This document shows, one piece after another, positions 25,501 through 32,835 of a stretch of 34,465 nt of DNA. The DNA comes from an uncultured Verrucomicrobiales bacterium. GTDB lineage: Bacteria > Verrucomicrobiota > Verrucomicrobiia > Verrucomicrobiales > Verrucomicrobiaceae. Position numbers and translations under genes: made by a program. The notes under the pieces are model-generated. The model was given only the letters and a program-made list of their open reading frames with translations, made no database searches and was not told the origin of the DNA. The stretch is taken from contig CAXBNA010000040.1 in the NCBI GenBank assembly GCA_963976915.1, positions 1 through 34,465 of the forward strand. Reading direction: 5' to 3'. The stretch's first letter is position 1. Each line of letters begins with the position of its first letter.

Positions 25501-27664
25501 GCCTGTGGTTCGTGGCTGGGCATTGCTGCTTTGGAAACTGGTTCCCGAGGGCCCCAAGAAGAACGCGATGGCTGCGCGGTTGCAGGGGCAGGGAAGCCGG
25601 TCTCTGGTTTTTGGGGTGGCGGCCCATTCCGACGCAGGTGATCCGCGATTGCGGGCATTGCTCGAACGGGTTGTGGCCGATGCGCAGGTTTCGATGCCGG
25701 AGGAGGTCTCGCTGGCCGTGGTGGCTGCCTGTCTCACCGACGAATTGCAGGGACTCACCAGCAAGCATTCCGAACTGCCTCTGACGCGGTCTGCGGAGGC
25801 CTCGGAGCTTGCGCGAAGCTTTGGGAAGTTGCTGACCGCGAAACGGGCGGCGACGGAGTTTCATGAACTGCGTCAGCGCTTAGAAGAAGATCCCGTGGCG
25901 GAGTTTGAGCTGATTTTGGATTGGCTCGACGCGGCTCATCCCGAGGCGGGCGAAAGCATTCGCTCCGAGGCTGCGGGTCTGCTCATTTATGGAGAAGTCT
26001 CGGCTCATGGTGTGGAGGAGGTCGTGACTCAGGTCGAGATTGAAGGTCTTGTGGGCGCCCATTCGCAGATCGAGGGTGGAAAGCTCCGGCTGGACTACCA
26101 CGAGTTTCAGTCGCGTCTGCAGCATCATGAGCGGGAGATTGTTCCTCAGTTCCGGGCGATGCAGGATCGGAAGCATGCGCTGATTCAGAAACGCAGGGCG
26201 GAGCTGAGGTTGGAAGAGTTTCGTCCCGGGATGCTGAGTTCGTTCGTGCGAAATCGGCTCATCGATCAGGTCTATCTGCCGATCATCGGAGCGAATTTGG
26301 CAAAGCAACTCGGAGGGGTGGGGGCGGATACGCGCACGGACCGGATGGGCATGTTGATGCTGATTTCACCACCAGGATACGGGAAGACGACGTTGATCGA
26401 GTATGTGGCGAATCGCCTGGGCATGGCGATGGTGAAGATCAATGGGCCGGCCATCGGGCATCAGGTCACCTCGCTAGATCCGGCCGAAGCTCCCAACGCA
26501 AGTGCACGTCAGGAAATCGAGAAGCTCAATCTGGCCTTCGAGATGGGCGACAACGTGATGATCTACCTGGATGACATCCAGCACTGCAATGCTGAGCTTC
26601 TTCAGAAATTCATCCCGCTCTGCGATGGACAGCGCCGCATTGAGGGGGTGTTTCAGGGCGATGCCCGGACCTATGATCTTCGGGGCCGGAAGGTGGCTGT
26701 CGTGATGGCGGGGAACCCGTATACCGAGGTCGGCGGAAAATTCCAAGTGCCAGACATGCTGGCCAACCGAGCAGATACTTACAATCTGGGCGACATCCTC
26801 GGTGGTCACGACCATGACTTCAAGGCGAGCTACATTGAGAACTGCCTGACGAGCAATCGCTCACTTTCACGGATCGCAGCTCGCAGTCACAAGGACACAT
26901 TGGCGGTGATGAAAATCGCAGAGACAGGAAATCGCGAGGGCATTGAGTTTGAGGCCAATCACCAGGCCGACGAGATGGAGGAAGCCATCGCGGTTATGGG
27001 GCATCTGTTGCGCGTTCGGGAGGTCATTTTGCGAGTGAATCAGGAGTACATCCGTTCCGCAGCCACTGAGGAGGCGTTCCGCACAGAGCCGGCATTCAAG
27101 CTTCAGGGGTCCTACCGCAACATGAATCGACTCGCGGAAAAGGTGCAGCCACTGATGACGGCAGACGAGATCGAATCGTTGATCGAAGACCACTATCGCA
27201 GCGAGTCACAGACGCTGAGCAAAGCCTCGGAAGCCAACCTTCTGAAGTGGAAAGAACTGACCGGAAAGCTCTCTGAACCTGAAGCGGCGCGATGGGGCGA
27301 CATTCGCAAGACCTTCAGCCGGAATCTTCTCACTGGCGGTGGCGGAGACAATGATCCAGTGACGCGGATCGGCGGGTTCATGAATGCGTTTACGGTCGGG
27401 CTTGAGCGGATCGAGTCCACCCTCGAGAAAGCGCGAATGGATAGGGCTGCTCCAGCCACGCTCGCGGACGTCACGGTGGAGAAACTGGAGTCGATCATCG
27501 CGAGCCTGCGGGCAGTGCCAGTCAATGTGGAGATCAAGGTGCAGCCGGTGGAGCAGAGCTTGGGTCCAGCAGGTCCTGCCAACGATGGGCTTCCTGTCGA
27601 AGTCGAGTCCGGGGTGGTTCAGCCGGTTGACCCCAAGGTCACGCCCTCAAAGAAGAAAAAGTGA
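22511..27664 (+). CDS. Giant (1717 aa) multidomain protein with a MoxR/AAA_5-type P-loop ATPase module near the C-terminus. The rest of the protein cannot be assigned to a family.
   Basis: Continuous ORF. The ATG at 22511 is preceded by gaggatga (SD-like). Walker A MLISPPGYGKTTLIEY (GYGKTT = 26375-26392, ~aa 1289). Walker B NVMIYLDDIQHC (DD = 26570-26575). Sensor-1 region KVAVVMAGNPYTE, then QVPDMLANRADTYNL (MoxR-like NP...LPEA.LDRF pattern). N-terminal ~470 aa look globular and aromatic-rich. Residues ~480-900 are alpha-helical, EARL-rich and coiled-coil-like. The C-terminus ends in a Lys tail, PSKKKK. No TM helices are evident. Confidence 0.85.
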   Translation: MRNPNPMSDTPPSAQLEAGAYEVIRKRLDAQGEDLRSRLDQLNEARKSIFGGVETQLLSTARLTTEHNCVPRDMATIGAKRFVFGYNVTLGLKSHLAAEDVFSTYDYDPSDHSFHANKDGLLEDKRFVEDFDYLYKYYKNAFFLRFHRSGHAVYFVFQVGRDVGEVKAFKWLLDKDAGTLRYEGNRFDHEIAMPDPHEFVWRKATHDMYRHGTYPHVSIEDRVFVETVGGDLTVKVEDNTASGAGIYSEPVENGDQILDDAQIQYAIVGNLILLKVLPYQEKQWRHLVFNERTQDVVRIDALEESCQLLPDDHGIVFPRGYVLQTGGMKVLDTGLPEMQFERKVTSANGEDTLYVFHHIETGTYLLLSYNLVEQEMAAPTISHGFAMFPNGELIVLNAEEEARKHHSIQVWQTPFVAEQQAVDEHRDSLLGKLGNAEIVRCMAECRGILTLLGKEDSYSGLYVELVRQAGDIADTYFWLDKAEAHGLRGTLTKIKDAAEAALGEFEKVRRLRAAAKTEVASLTEAANKAVREAESASFDDVQSFVKSLATLRELRGRIIAAQEIRYIDEEALKALDAKVAEAAELVGGRCTEFLLLPEALAPYDQAVTKQRAALEKVAKVTEAEELDAQLRSTSEELELLISVVSSLKIRDATETTRITESISGQFAQLNQVRSRVKARRDELAQTEGESEFYAQLNLLKQVVINQVELCDTAEKCDDALTRTLVRIEELEGRFGDFEGFAEELIRRREETQSAFDARRQQLVETRNRRTQALVQAADRVLASIRNRLNTLATPEEVHSYLASAAMAAKARDLIADLRDLGDPVRADEIQTRLKTLSEGAVKQIRDKADLFVEGGDVIKLGPHAFSVNRQPLDLTLVQREGALFFHLTGTRYSEAVQDEVLEQLRPVWPLESSAESPGVYRGEYLAHIWVAHLATQGQEALDAFVAQDVEARQGVIRDFMAERFAEGYTKGVHDHDAARIALPLAELRGRLGRLRHAPVVRGWALLLWKLVPEGPKKNAMAARLQGQGSRSLVFGVAAHSDAGDPRLRALLERVVADAQVSMPEEVSLAVVAACLTDELQGLTSKHSELPLTRSAEASELARSFGKLLTAKRAATEFHELRQRLEEDPVAEFELILDWLDAAHPEAGESIRSEAAGLLIYGEVSAHGVEEVVTQVEIEGLVGAHSQIEGGKLRLDYHEFQSRLQHHEREIVPQFRAMQDRKHALIQKRRAELRLEEFRPGMLSSFVRNRLIDQVYLPIIGANLAKQLGGVGADTRTDRMGMLMLISPPGYGKTTLIEYVANRLGMAMVKINGPAIGHQVTSLDPAEAPNASARQEIEKLNLAFEMGDNVMIYLDDIQHCNAELLQKFIPLCDGQRRIEGVFQGDARTYDLRGRKVAVVMAGNPYTEVGGKFQVPDMLANRADTYNLGDILGGHDHDFKASYIENCLTSNRSLSRIAARSHKDTLAVMKIAETGNREGIEFEANHQADEMEEAIAVMGHLLRVREVILRVNQEYIRSAATEEAFRTEPAFKLQGSYRNMNRLAEKVQPLMTADEIESLIEDHYRSESQTLSKASEANLLKWKELTGKLSEPEAARWGDIRKTFSRNLLTGGGGDNDPVTRIGGFMNAFTVGLERIESTLEKARMDRAAPATLADVTVEKLESIIASLRAVPVNVEIKVQPVEQSLGPAGPANDGLPVEVESGVVQPVDPKVTPSKKKK

Positions 27665-27735
27665 AAGGCTTGGAAGGCTCAGATCCGGGGGCTCAAAGCA
27701 CTTGCAGAGCCTCGGATACGTCGCCTGAGTGAGGC

Positions 27736-28479
27736 ATGAGAATTGTGCTCCTGATCGGCCTCCTCGTGCTTCCAATCCTCGCTGAGGCTCAGGTGGAGAC
27801 GGCGCATCACCGCGCCGTTTACAAGGAAATCAACGACCGCGAAGAATCGTTTCGAAAGGTGACGGGAACGTTCGAGGATGAGCCGACCGTTTTTGCGCTG
27901 ACGGGTTGGTTTGACGGGCGGGAGCTGAAGAAAATCGTGGCTCGGTCTGGCGATGACGGCGGGGGCTTTGACGAGTACTATTTTGAGAACGAGCGACCAC
28001 TCTTCGTTTTCAGCACTTACGAAAAAGGGGCGACGGGCGAGCGCGTGGAAAATCGACTGTACTTCAAAGATGGGTCGATCTTCAAGTGGCTGACCACGGA
28101 CAAGGCCGTCGGTGCCCTTCATTCAGAAGACTATCAATCCGAGACCGAGCGGCTGAATGCAAACTGCGCCGCCTTTGTGGCAGCGTTGACGGGGAAGCCT
28201 GTCCCCAAGGTGACGTCCAAAGTCACCTTGGGTGTTTTTCTTGGGATCGAGGAAGGCGATTACTTTCACTGGATGATGCGGTCTGCGGGTGGCGAGGAGA
28301 CGTCCTTCTTCATTCTTCATCCAGATCCAGCCGTGGAGCGGGTTCTCGATGACCCAGACACATTTTTCGGCAGAACCTGCAAGGTGACGTGGAAGACATC
28401 CAAACAAAACATTCCTGAAGCTGCCGGCACCATGGAGCTGGATCAAATCTTGAGCGTCGAGTGGTCGACGGAGAAGTAG
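27736..28479 (+). CDS. Secreted hypothetical protein (247 aa) with an N-terminal signal peptide.
   Basis: MRIVLLIGLLVLPILAEAQ signal peptide. Protein-like composition. 72 nt downstream of the giant ATPase gene on the same strand. GTGAGG lies 3 nt before the ATG. Confidence 0.6.
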   Translation: MRIVLLIGLLVLPILAEAQVETAHHRAVYKEINDREESFRKVTGTFEDEPTVFALTGWFDGRELKKIVARSGDDGGGFDEYYFENERPLFVFSTYEKGATGERVENRLYFKDGSIFKWLTTDKAVGALHSEDYQSETERLNANCAAFVAALTGKPVPKVTSKVTLGVFLGIEEGDYFHWMMRSAGGEETSFFILHPDPAVERVLDDPDTFFGRTCKVTWKTSKQNIPEAAGTMELDQILSVEWSTEK

Positions 28480-28762
28480 CGCCGCGTTCGAGTTTGAACC
28501 AATCTGACACAGTCATGAGGAGCCAAAAACAAAACAACCGGTCGCCACGGCCATTCAAAAACCAGTCCTCTGGACGTGATTGGTCAGGCAACAGGGAAGG
28601 GGGAGGGTTCATTCCAGGCGCCAAAAAGACTCGGCCTGTAAAGAAGTTGGACCCTCCGAAGCCCTCCGAGCGTGGTCAGAATTCCGACGGGGCTTGTGCG
28701 GAGAGCTAGGCGATTCGTGATAGAGGTGGCATGGCTTGGCGTTCGAAGTCCACCCCCTCTTC

Positions 28763-29461
28763 ATGAACCCCGTTGCTGCCATCTTTGCCCTCCTGCTGGC
28801 CTCGTCTTGGACTCAAGCCGGGGAGGTTCCCGTGGGTGATCCTGACCTCCCGCATCCTTTGGATCTGAGCTTCGTGGAGAGCTTGGTCGCGGCCTCACCC
28901 TTCACCCGGACCGTGAGTCTGGAAGACTCATTTCAACTGACTGGGATTGCCTTCTTTGACGGGCATCCGGTCGCTACGATTCTGAACCGGGAGACCCAGG
29001 AACGATTTGTGGTCTCTGAAGAACCGAACGCTCAGGGTTGGACCCTCGTGGCAGCGACCACAGGCGCGAACATTGGAAGCTCAAGGGTGGAGATGCGGGT
29101 TGGCACTGAGGCGCTGACCTTGCACTACGGTGGGCAGCAGTTGTCGCCCGGACCTGATGGCAAGGCTGGATCGAAGAAGATGTATGCCTCATCGAAAAAG
29201 TCTGGCGGCAAGACGCATCCCTCTTCGTTTCTTGGAGATGGAGGACGGGAACGGTACGAGTCCCTCTCATCCGAGGGACGGAGCCACTTCAAGGAGCTGG
29301 TCCGGGCGCATATGGAAAAGCACCCGGAACTCAGTCCTGAACAGTCTGCGGACTACGCCCGAAAGGTTTTTGCGAAGATTCAGAGCGCGGATGTCTCCAA
29401 TTCCGGGGATGGCCCAGCACCTTCCAAGGCATCGAAACCCCCGAAGAAGAGGCAGGCGTAG
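28763..29461 (+). CDS. Secreted hypothetical protein (~232 aa) with a signal peptide and a Lys/Ser-rich low-complexity C-terminal half.
   Basis: Start set to ATG 28763 (MNPVAAIFALLLASSWTQAGE). The track ORF starts at 28736. The C-terminal part (KKMYASSKKSGGKTHPSS...PSKASKPPKKRQA) is basic and disordered. Confidence 0.5.
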   Translation: MNPVAAIFALLLASSWTQAGEVPVGDPDLPHPLDLSFVESLVAASPFTRTVSLEDSFQLTGIAFFDGHPVATILNRETQERFVVSEEPNAQGWTLVAATTGANIGSSRVEMRVGTEALTLHYGGQQLSPGPDGKAGSKKMYASSKKSGGKTHPSSFLGDGGRERYESLSSEGRSHFKELVRAHMEKHPELSPEQSADYARKVFAKIQSADVSNSGDGPAPSKASKPPKKRQA

Positions 29462-29549
29462 AGGCGTGTGTCCGGATCCCGGGGCAGTTTCTCTCGCACG
29501 CTCCATCTCTCCACGATCTCGGCTCGAATTCTGCTTTCCTCCACTCGCC

Positions 29550-29876
29550 ATGTACCCTGACACCATTCCTTGGAAGGTTCTCTCCGCCACCGCCAGCGTT
29601 GGCGCATTCACTCCCGAGTGGGAACTCGATCAGGTGCCTCTGTCATCGGAAGAAACCCGGAGTTTCTCCATCGTTATCGACTTCGCGACGTCTTTTGAAG
29701 GCGTGCCAGTCATCCACCTCGGTCTGACGGGCTTTGATGCGGATCAGCGTGACAGCACTCGATTGAGTCTTTCTGCGGTGGACATCACGCCGCATGGATT
29801 CACCGCCGTGGTTTCCACCTGGGCCACGACGAGGCTCTACTCGGTGGAGTTCAACTGGCTGGCGATCGGGGCCTAG
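29550..29876 (+). CDS. Small H-type lectin domain protein (108 aa).
   Basis: MYPDTIPWKVLSATASVGAFTPEWELDQVPLSSEETRSFSIVIDFATSFEGVPVIHLGLTGFDADQRDSTRLSLSAVDITPHGFTAVVSTWATTRLYSVEFNWLAIGA. The pattern F..PP.V...L...D.....R....A..IT..GF......W.D..LY.....W.AIG matches the H-type lectin (PF09458) consensus. Confidence 0.6.
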   Translation: MYPDTIPWKVLSATASVGAFTPEWELDQVPLSSEETRSFSIVIDFATSFEGVPVIHLGLTGFDADQRDSTRLSLSAVDITPHGFTAVVSTWATTRLYSVEFNWLAIGA

Positions 29877-30342
29877 CGTCTGGCGACTTGGGCGGCCACT
29901 CCACGCCGTCGAGTTCCTTCGGGAGTTGGGTCGGGTCTTCCGGATAGATCAGGGATAGGTCCATGTCGGAGTGGGAGCCTTTGAGAAATTCCAATTCTTC
30001 GGGCGCGCCGATGACGAGCCACAGAACTTCATCGTCCGTGTCATTGAACACTTGGCGCAGTTGATCCGGACCGACGTGCACACCGCCGTGTTTTGGGACG
30101 GTGAGAGACTGGTCGCCCACGCGGATTCTACCTGTGCCTTCGAGCACAAAATAGAACTCCTCCGACCGGATGTGCTTGTGAAGCGTGTTGGCGCTCTTCG
30201 GCGGCATCCGCCACAGCCGTGCGCCCATGTTCTCGCTTCCCGTGCGTTCCAAAAAGTCCGCATTCGGGATCTTCATCAAGTTGGAGGGCCTCCAAACGAG
30301 ATCGTCCGGCGTGATGAGCTGATGGCCTTGAAAAGAGTTCAT
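29851..30342 (-). CDS. Cupin-domain protein.
   Basis: LHKHIRSEEFYFVLEGTGRIRVGDQSLTVPKHGGVHVGPDQLRQVFN. This is a classic two-motif cupin (H.H...E...G ... G..H..P....H). It converges on the lectin gene with a 26-nt overlap. Confidence 0.75.
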   Translation of the reverse strand: MNSFQGHQLITPDDLVWRPSNLMKIPNADFLERTGSENMGARLWRMPPKSANTLHKHIRSEEFYFVLEGTGRIRVGDQSLTVPKHGGVHVGPDQLRQVFNDTDDEVLWLVIGAPEELEFLKGSHSDMDLSLIYPEDPTQLPKELDGVEWPPKSPDARPRSPAS

Positions 30343-30518
30343 GAATTCTGTGGAGAAGACCTACTGGCGCAGCTACTTCAGAGCTTCAAGAACCTCTTTA
30401 ACCCCTGCCAGGCTGACCTTGCGGCGTCGTTGTCATCCGGGTTGTTGAGCTGGGCGTAGTCTGGGTGGTTGTCCCAAAACTCCGGAACGGCGCACCTTGG
30501 AACCCCAATGGCACAGCC

Positions 30519-30944
30519 TTACTTGGCGGCCGAACTGGATTCCTGCTCGTCGGCATCGTCCGTCCTTGGATCAGGCGCACCGAGCATCACCCACGTGGTT
30601 AGCAGAGCAATCTCGATCTGGGGAAGTCGCTCGTCCGGGGGCATCATGTTGCTTGAGTTGCGACTGTGGATCGTCCGAATCAGGGAACTCTTTTTGAGGT
30701 TGTTGGGCACCACTGCCGGGCCGTGATCACCTCCCGTCATCCACCCATCCTTGGTGTCCAGCACCAAGCCGCCTTCGTCGATGCCCTCTTTCTCGGAGTG
30801 GCACTCAAAGCATCGACTTTCAAGAATCGGTAGGATCTGAGTCTGGAAGAACCTGGCTGGCTCGTACGAAGACGGCGTTTCCTCGTCCGCCCAAATGGGT
30901 GCCGATACCCACAGGCAGATGACAAGGATGGCCGAGACTCGCAT
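30519..30944 (-). CDS. Planctomycete-type cytochrome c domain protein (PSCyt1, PF07635), stand-alone, with a signal peptide.
   Basis: MRVSAILVICLWVSAPIWA signal peptide, then FFQTQILPILESRCFECHSEKEGIDEGGLVLDTKDGWMTGGDHGPAVVPNNLKKSSLIRTI...MPPDERLPQIEIALLTTWVMLGAP. This matches the PSCyt1 consensus (F...I.PIL...C..CH.......GGL.LD.......GG..GPAIVPG....S.L...I......MPP...L......L..W...GA) with a CxxCH haem site. Confidence 0.8.
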   Translation of the reverse strand: MRVSAILVICLWVSAPIWADEETPSSYEPARFFQTQILPILESRCFECHSEKEGIDEGGLVLDTKDGWMTGGDHGPAVVPNNLKKSSLIRTIHSRNSSNMMPPDERLPQIEIALLTTWVMLGAPDPRTDDADEQESSSAAK

Positions 30945-31122
30945 GCCAACTAAAACGATCCGCCACTCACCCTGTGTGCGGCGAATCTTGTGGGATTGTC
31001 AGCATCTCTTGGGCGGGGGATTTGCGGAGGCCTCGTCCGGGTCCAGCGTGGCGAACTTGATGATCAGCCGAAAGCCCCGGACCATTCGCATCGTTTCACG
31101 GGGCCAATCCACGGATCCACTC

Positions 31123-31797
31123 ATGAAAACTCCCTTTTGCCTTGCCGCTCTGCCCATCTTCGCGATGGCCGTCTTGCTCAATCCTGCCCTCCAGGCCGAC
31201 ACAAAGGAGTATCAATCGGAGTTGTTTGAGACCACCAAACTCGTCTATGAAGACAGCTTTGATGGTGGCGCGATCAATGCCGATTTTTGGGAGGTTCGCC
31301 AGAACACGACCTGGGAAGTGAAGGACGGGGTGCTTTTCGGAAGCGAGTCGTCCAAGGAGTTCCAAGCGATGAAGAAAGCGAGCAAGGACCCGTCCCACGC
31401 GGGTTTGAAGCCGGTGATGTGGCTCAAGAAGGTGCCGGAAAATTTCGTCTGCCAAATGCGCGTGCGCTACGATGCCACGGACTACCAGCGCGGCTTCCCA
31501 CTCCTCGACATCGGACACCACATTCACACGCTCAGCTTCAGCACGGAAGCCACCACCCTTGCGATCAAGAAAGACGTGGAGAAGATCGAGATCAAAGAGC
31601 CGCTATTTTCCCTCAACGAATGGCATGACGTGGTGATCGAGTTGAAGAAGGGCACGATCCTTCTGTCGATTGATGGCAAAAAACACCTCTTCGAGAGTGA
31701 AAACATCGACATGACCGGTCACGCCCAGATCGATTTCAAGGCGGTCGATTTCGGCACCTGCCAAATCGACGACATCAAGGTTTGGGAAGGGCAATAG
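31123..31797 (+). CDS. DUF1080 (3-keto-disaccharide hydrolase-like, LamG-like jelly-roll) secreted protein.
   Basis: Signal peptide MKTPFCLAALPIFAMAVLLNPALQA. ADFWEV...WEVKDGVLFG near the N-terminus and C-terminal ...FKAVDFGTCQIDDIKVWEGQ. This resembles the DUF1080 pattern (W......W...DG.L.G ... NI.V). Confidence 0.65.
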   Translation: MKTPFCLAALPIFAMAVLLNPALQADTKEYQSELFETTKLVYEDSFDGGAINADFWEVRQNTTWEVKDGVLFGSESSKEFQAMKKASKDPSHAGLKPVMWLKKVPENFVCQMRVRYDATDYQRGFPLLDIGHHIHTLSFSTEATTLAIKKDVEKIEIKEPLFSLNEWHDVVIELKKGTILLSIDGKKHLFESENIDMTGHAQIDFKAVDFGTCQIDDIKVWEGQ

Positions 31798-31893
31798 GGG
31801 CCGTGGGCCTTCCGGGAAGGTGGTCCTTTCCTTACGAGGGGCGGCGGTTTCGGTTTCCGGGGAAGACCTCGCCCCAGCGGGCAACCGCAGCGA

Positions 31894-32592
31894 TCAAGGC
31901 ACCTTCGCCTGCCAGATTTTCACGTCGTCGAAGTGGGCCGCGTTCCCGTTGACGGTGAAGTGCACGCTCTCCTTCGTGGGATGGGCGAGCCCGGGTGATT
32001 GGAGGTAGCCGATGGCTTCACCGTCGAGACTCACACGCATCTCGTCGCCAACCACTTCGATGGTCATGGCGTACCAGCGCTCCTGCTCAATGTCCGCCTT
32101 CACCGCGGCACCGCGTCCCACAATGAGCTTGTCGGCCGCTGCTTTTCTGGCTGGGTCCCGACGCATCTCGAAAATGTCGTTCCGCATCACGCCTTCCTTG
32201 TCGTCGCCCAGGCGAATCTGTTTCGCCGCCACCGCCACCCGGCAGATGTGTCCGGCGTGGGATCCTTTGTGATTCTTGTCGTCGAACACCACATTGAAAG
32301 TGGGAGAGCCTGCCAACTTGAACCGGAACGACACGATCACATCCTTCATCGGTACGTAAACCCGGCCGACTGAACCATGGTCATCCCGATCCTGCGTGGC
32401 GACCAGCACGCCGTCCGCGACCTTGAATCCGGGAATGATCACCTTCCAATCCCCCAACTCCGTCCGCTCAAAGTCATCGGAGAACATCAGTTCGCCCTTC
32501 TCGGCAAGCGGTCCCGGAACGACGACGTTTTCCGCGACGGTGAGGGTTGCGGCCGACGCGAGGAAAAAGGAGAGCAGGGTGTTTCGAATCAT
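31894..32592 (-). CDS. DUF1080-like secreted protein (second copy, divergent in sequence).
   Basis: Signal peptide MIRNTLLSFFLASAATLTVA. DWKVIIPGFKVADGVLVATQ ... AHFDDVKIWQAKVP. The architecture is the same as the neighbouring DUF1080 gene. Confidence 0.65.
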   Translation of the reverse strand: MIRNTLLSFFLASAATLTVAENVVVPGPLAEKGELMFSDDFERTELGDWKVIIPGFKVADGVLVATQDRDDHGSVGRVYVPMKDVIVSFRFKLAGSPTFNVVFDDKNHKGSHAGHICRVAVAAKQIRLGDDKEGVMRNDIFEMRRDPARKAAADKLIVGRGAAVKADIEQERWYAMTIEVVGDEMRVSLDGEAIGYLQSPGLAHPTKESVHFTVNGNAAHFDDVKIWQAKVP

Positions 32593-32730
32593 GATCTCCT
32601 GATCCTACGAGGTTGCAGGCGGCAAGACAATCTCTTCATCGAGGGCCAACTCACTTCAACCTGACCCGAGTGTAGAGGCAAGAACGGTAGGCCGCGGAGT
32701 TTTCGCAGCCATAGTGGACGGTTTTTCGTT
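32581..32730 (-). repeat. Leader/promoter copy A, upstream of the DUF1080 gene. It includes the first 4 codons, MIRN.
   Basis: ~85% identity over ~75 nt with 34276-34345: gtttcgaatcatgRtctSctRatcctacgaggttgcaggcKgca...actcttca. A second shared block, gtggacggtttt, sits 122 nt upstream of the ATG (32714-32725). Confidence 0.6.
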
Positions 32731-32835
32731 AGTTGCTGACAAAGTCGATGCGGGAGGCGTTTGGATCGAGTTTGAGCGAAGCGGTCCAGACGCCACGCCG
32801 ACCTCGCTTGCATCTGAACGCGTTGGCTTCCAGGC

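Noticed and set aside
28515-28709. 64-codon ORF encoding a highly basic, low-complexity peptide (MRSQKQNNRSPRPFKNQSSGRDWSGNREGGGFIPGAKKTRPVKK...) between the two secreted-protein genes.
   Set aside because: It has no recognisable motifs, its composition is disordered, and no RBS is seen. It could be a real small protein, but the sequence alone gives no support, so I left it out of the feature list.
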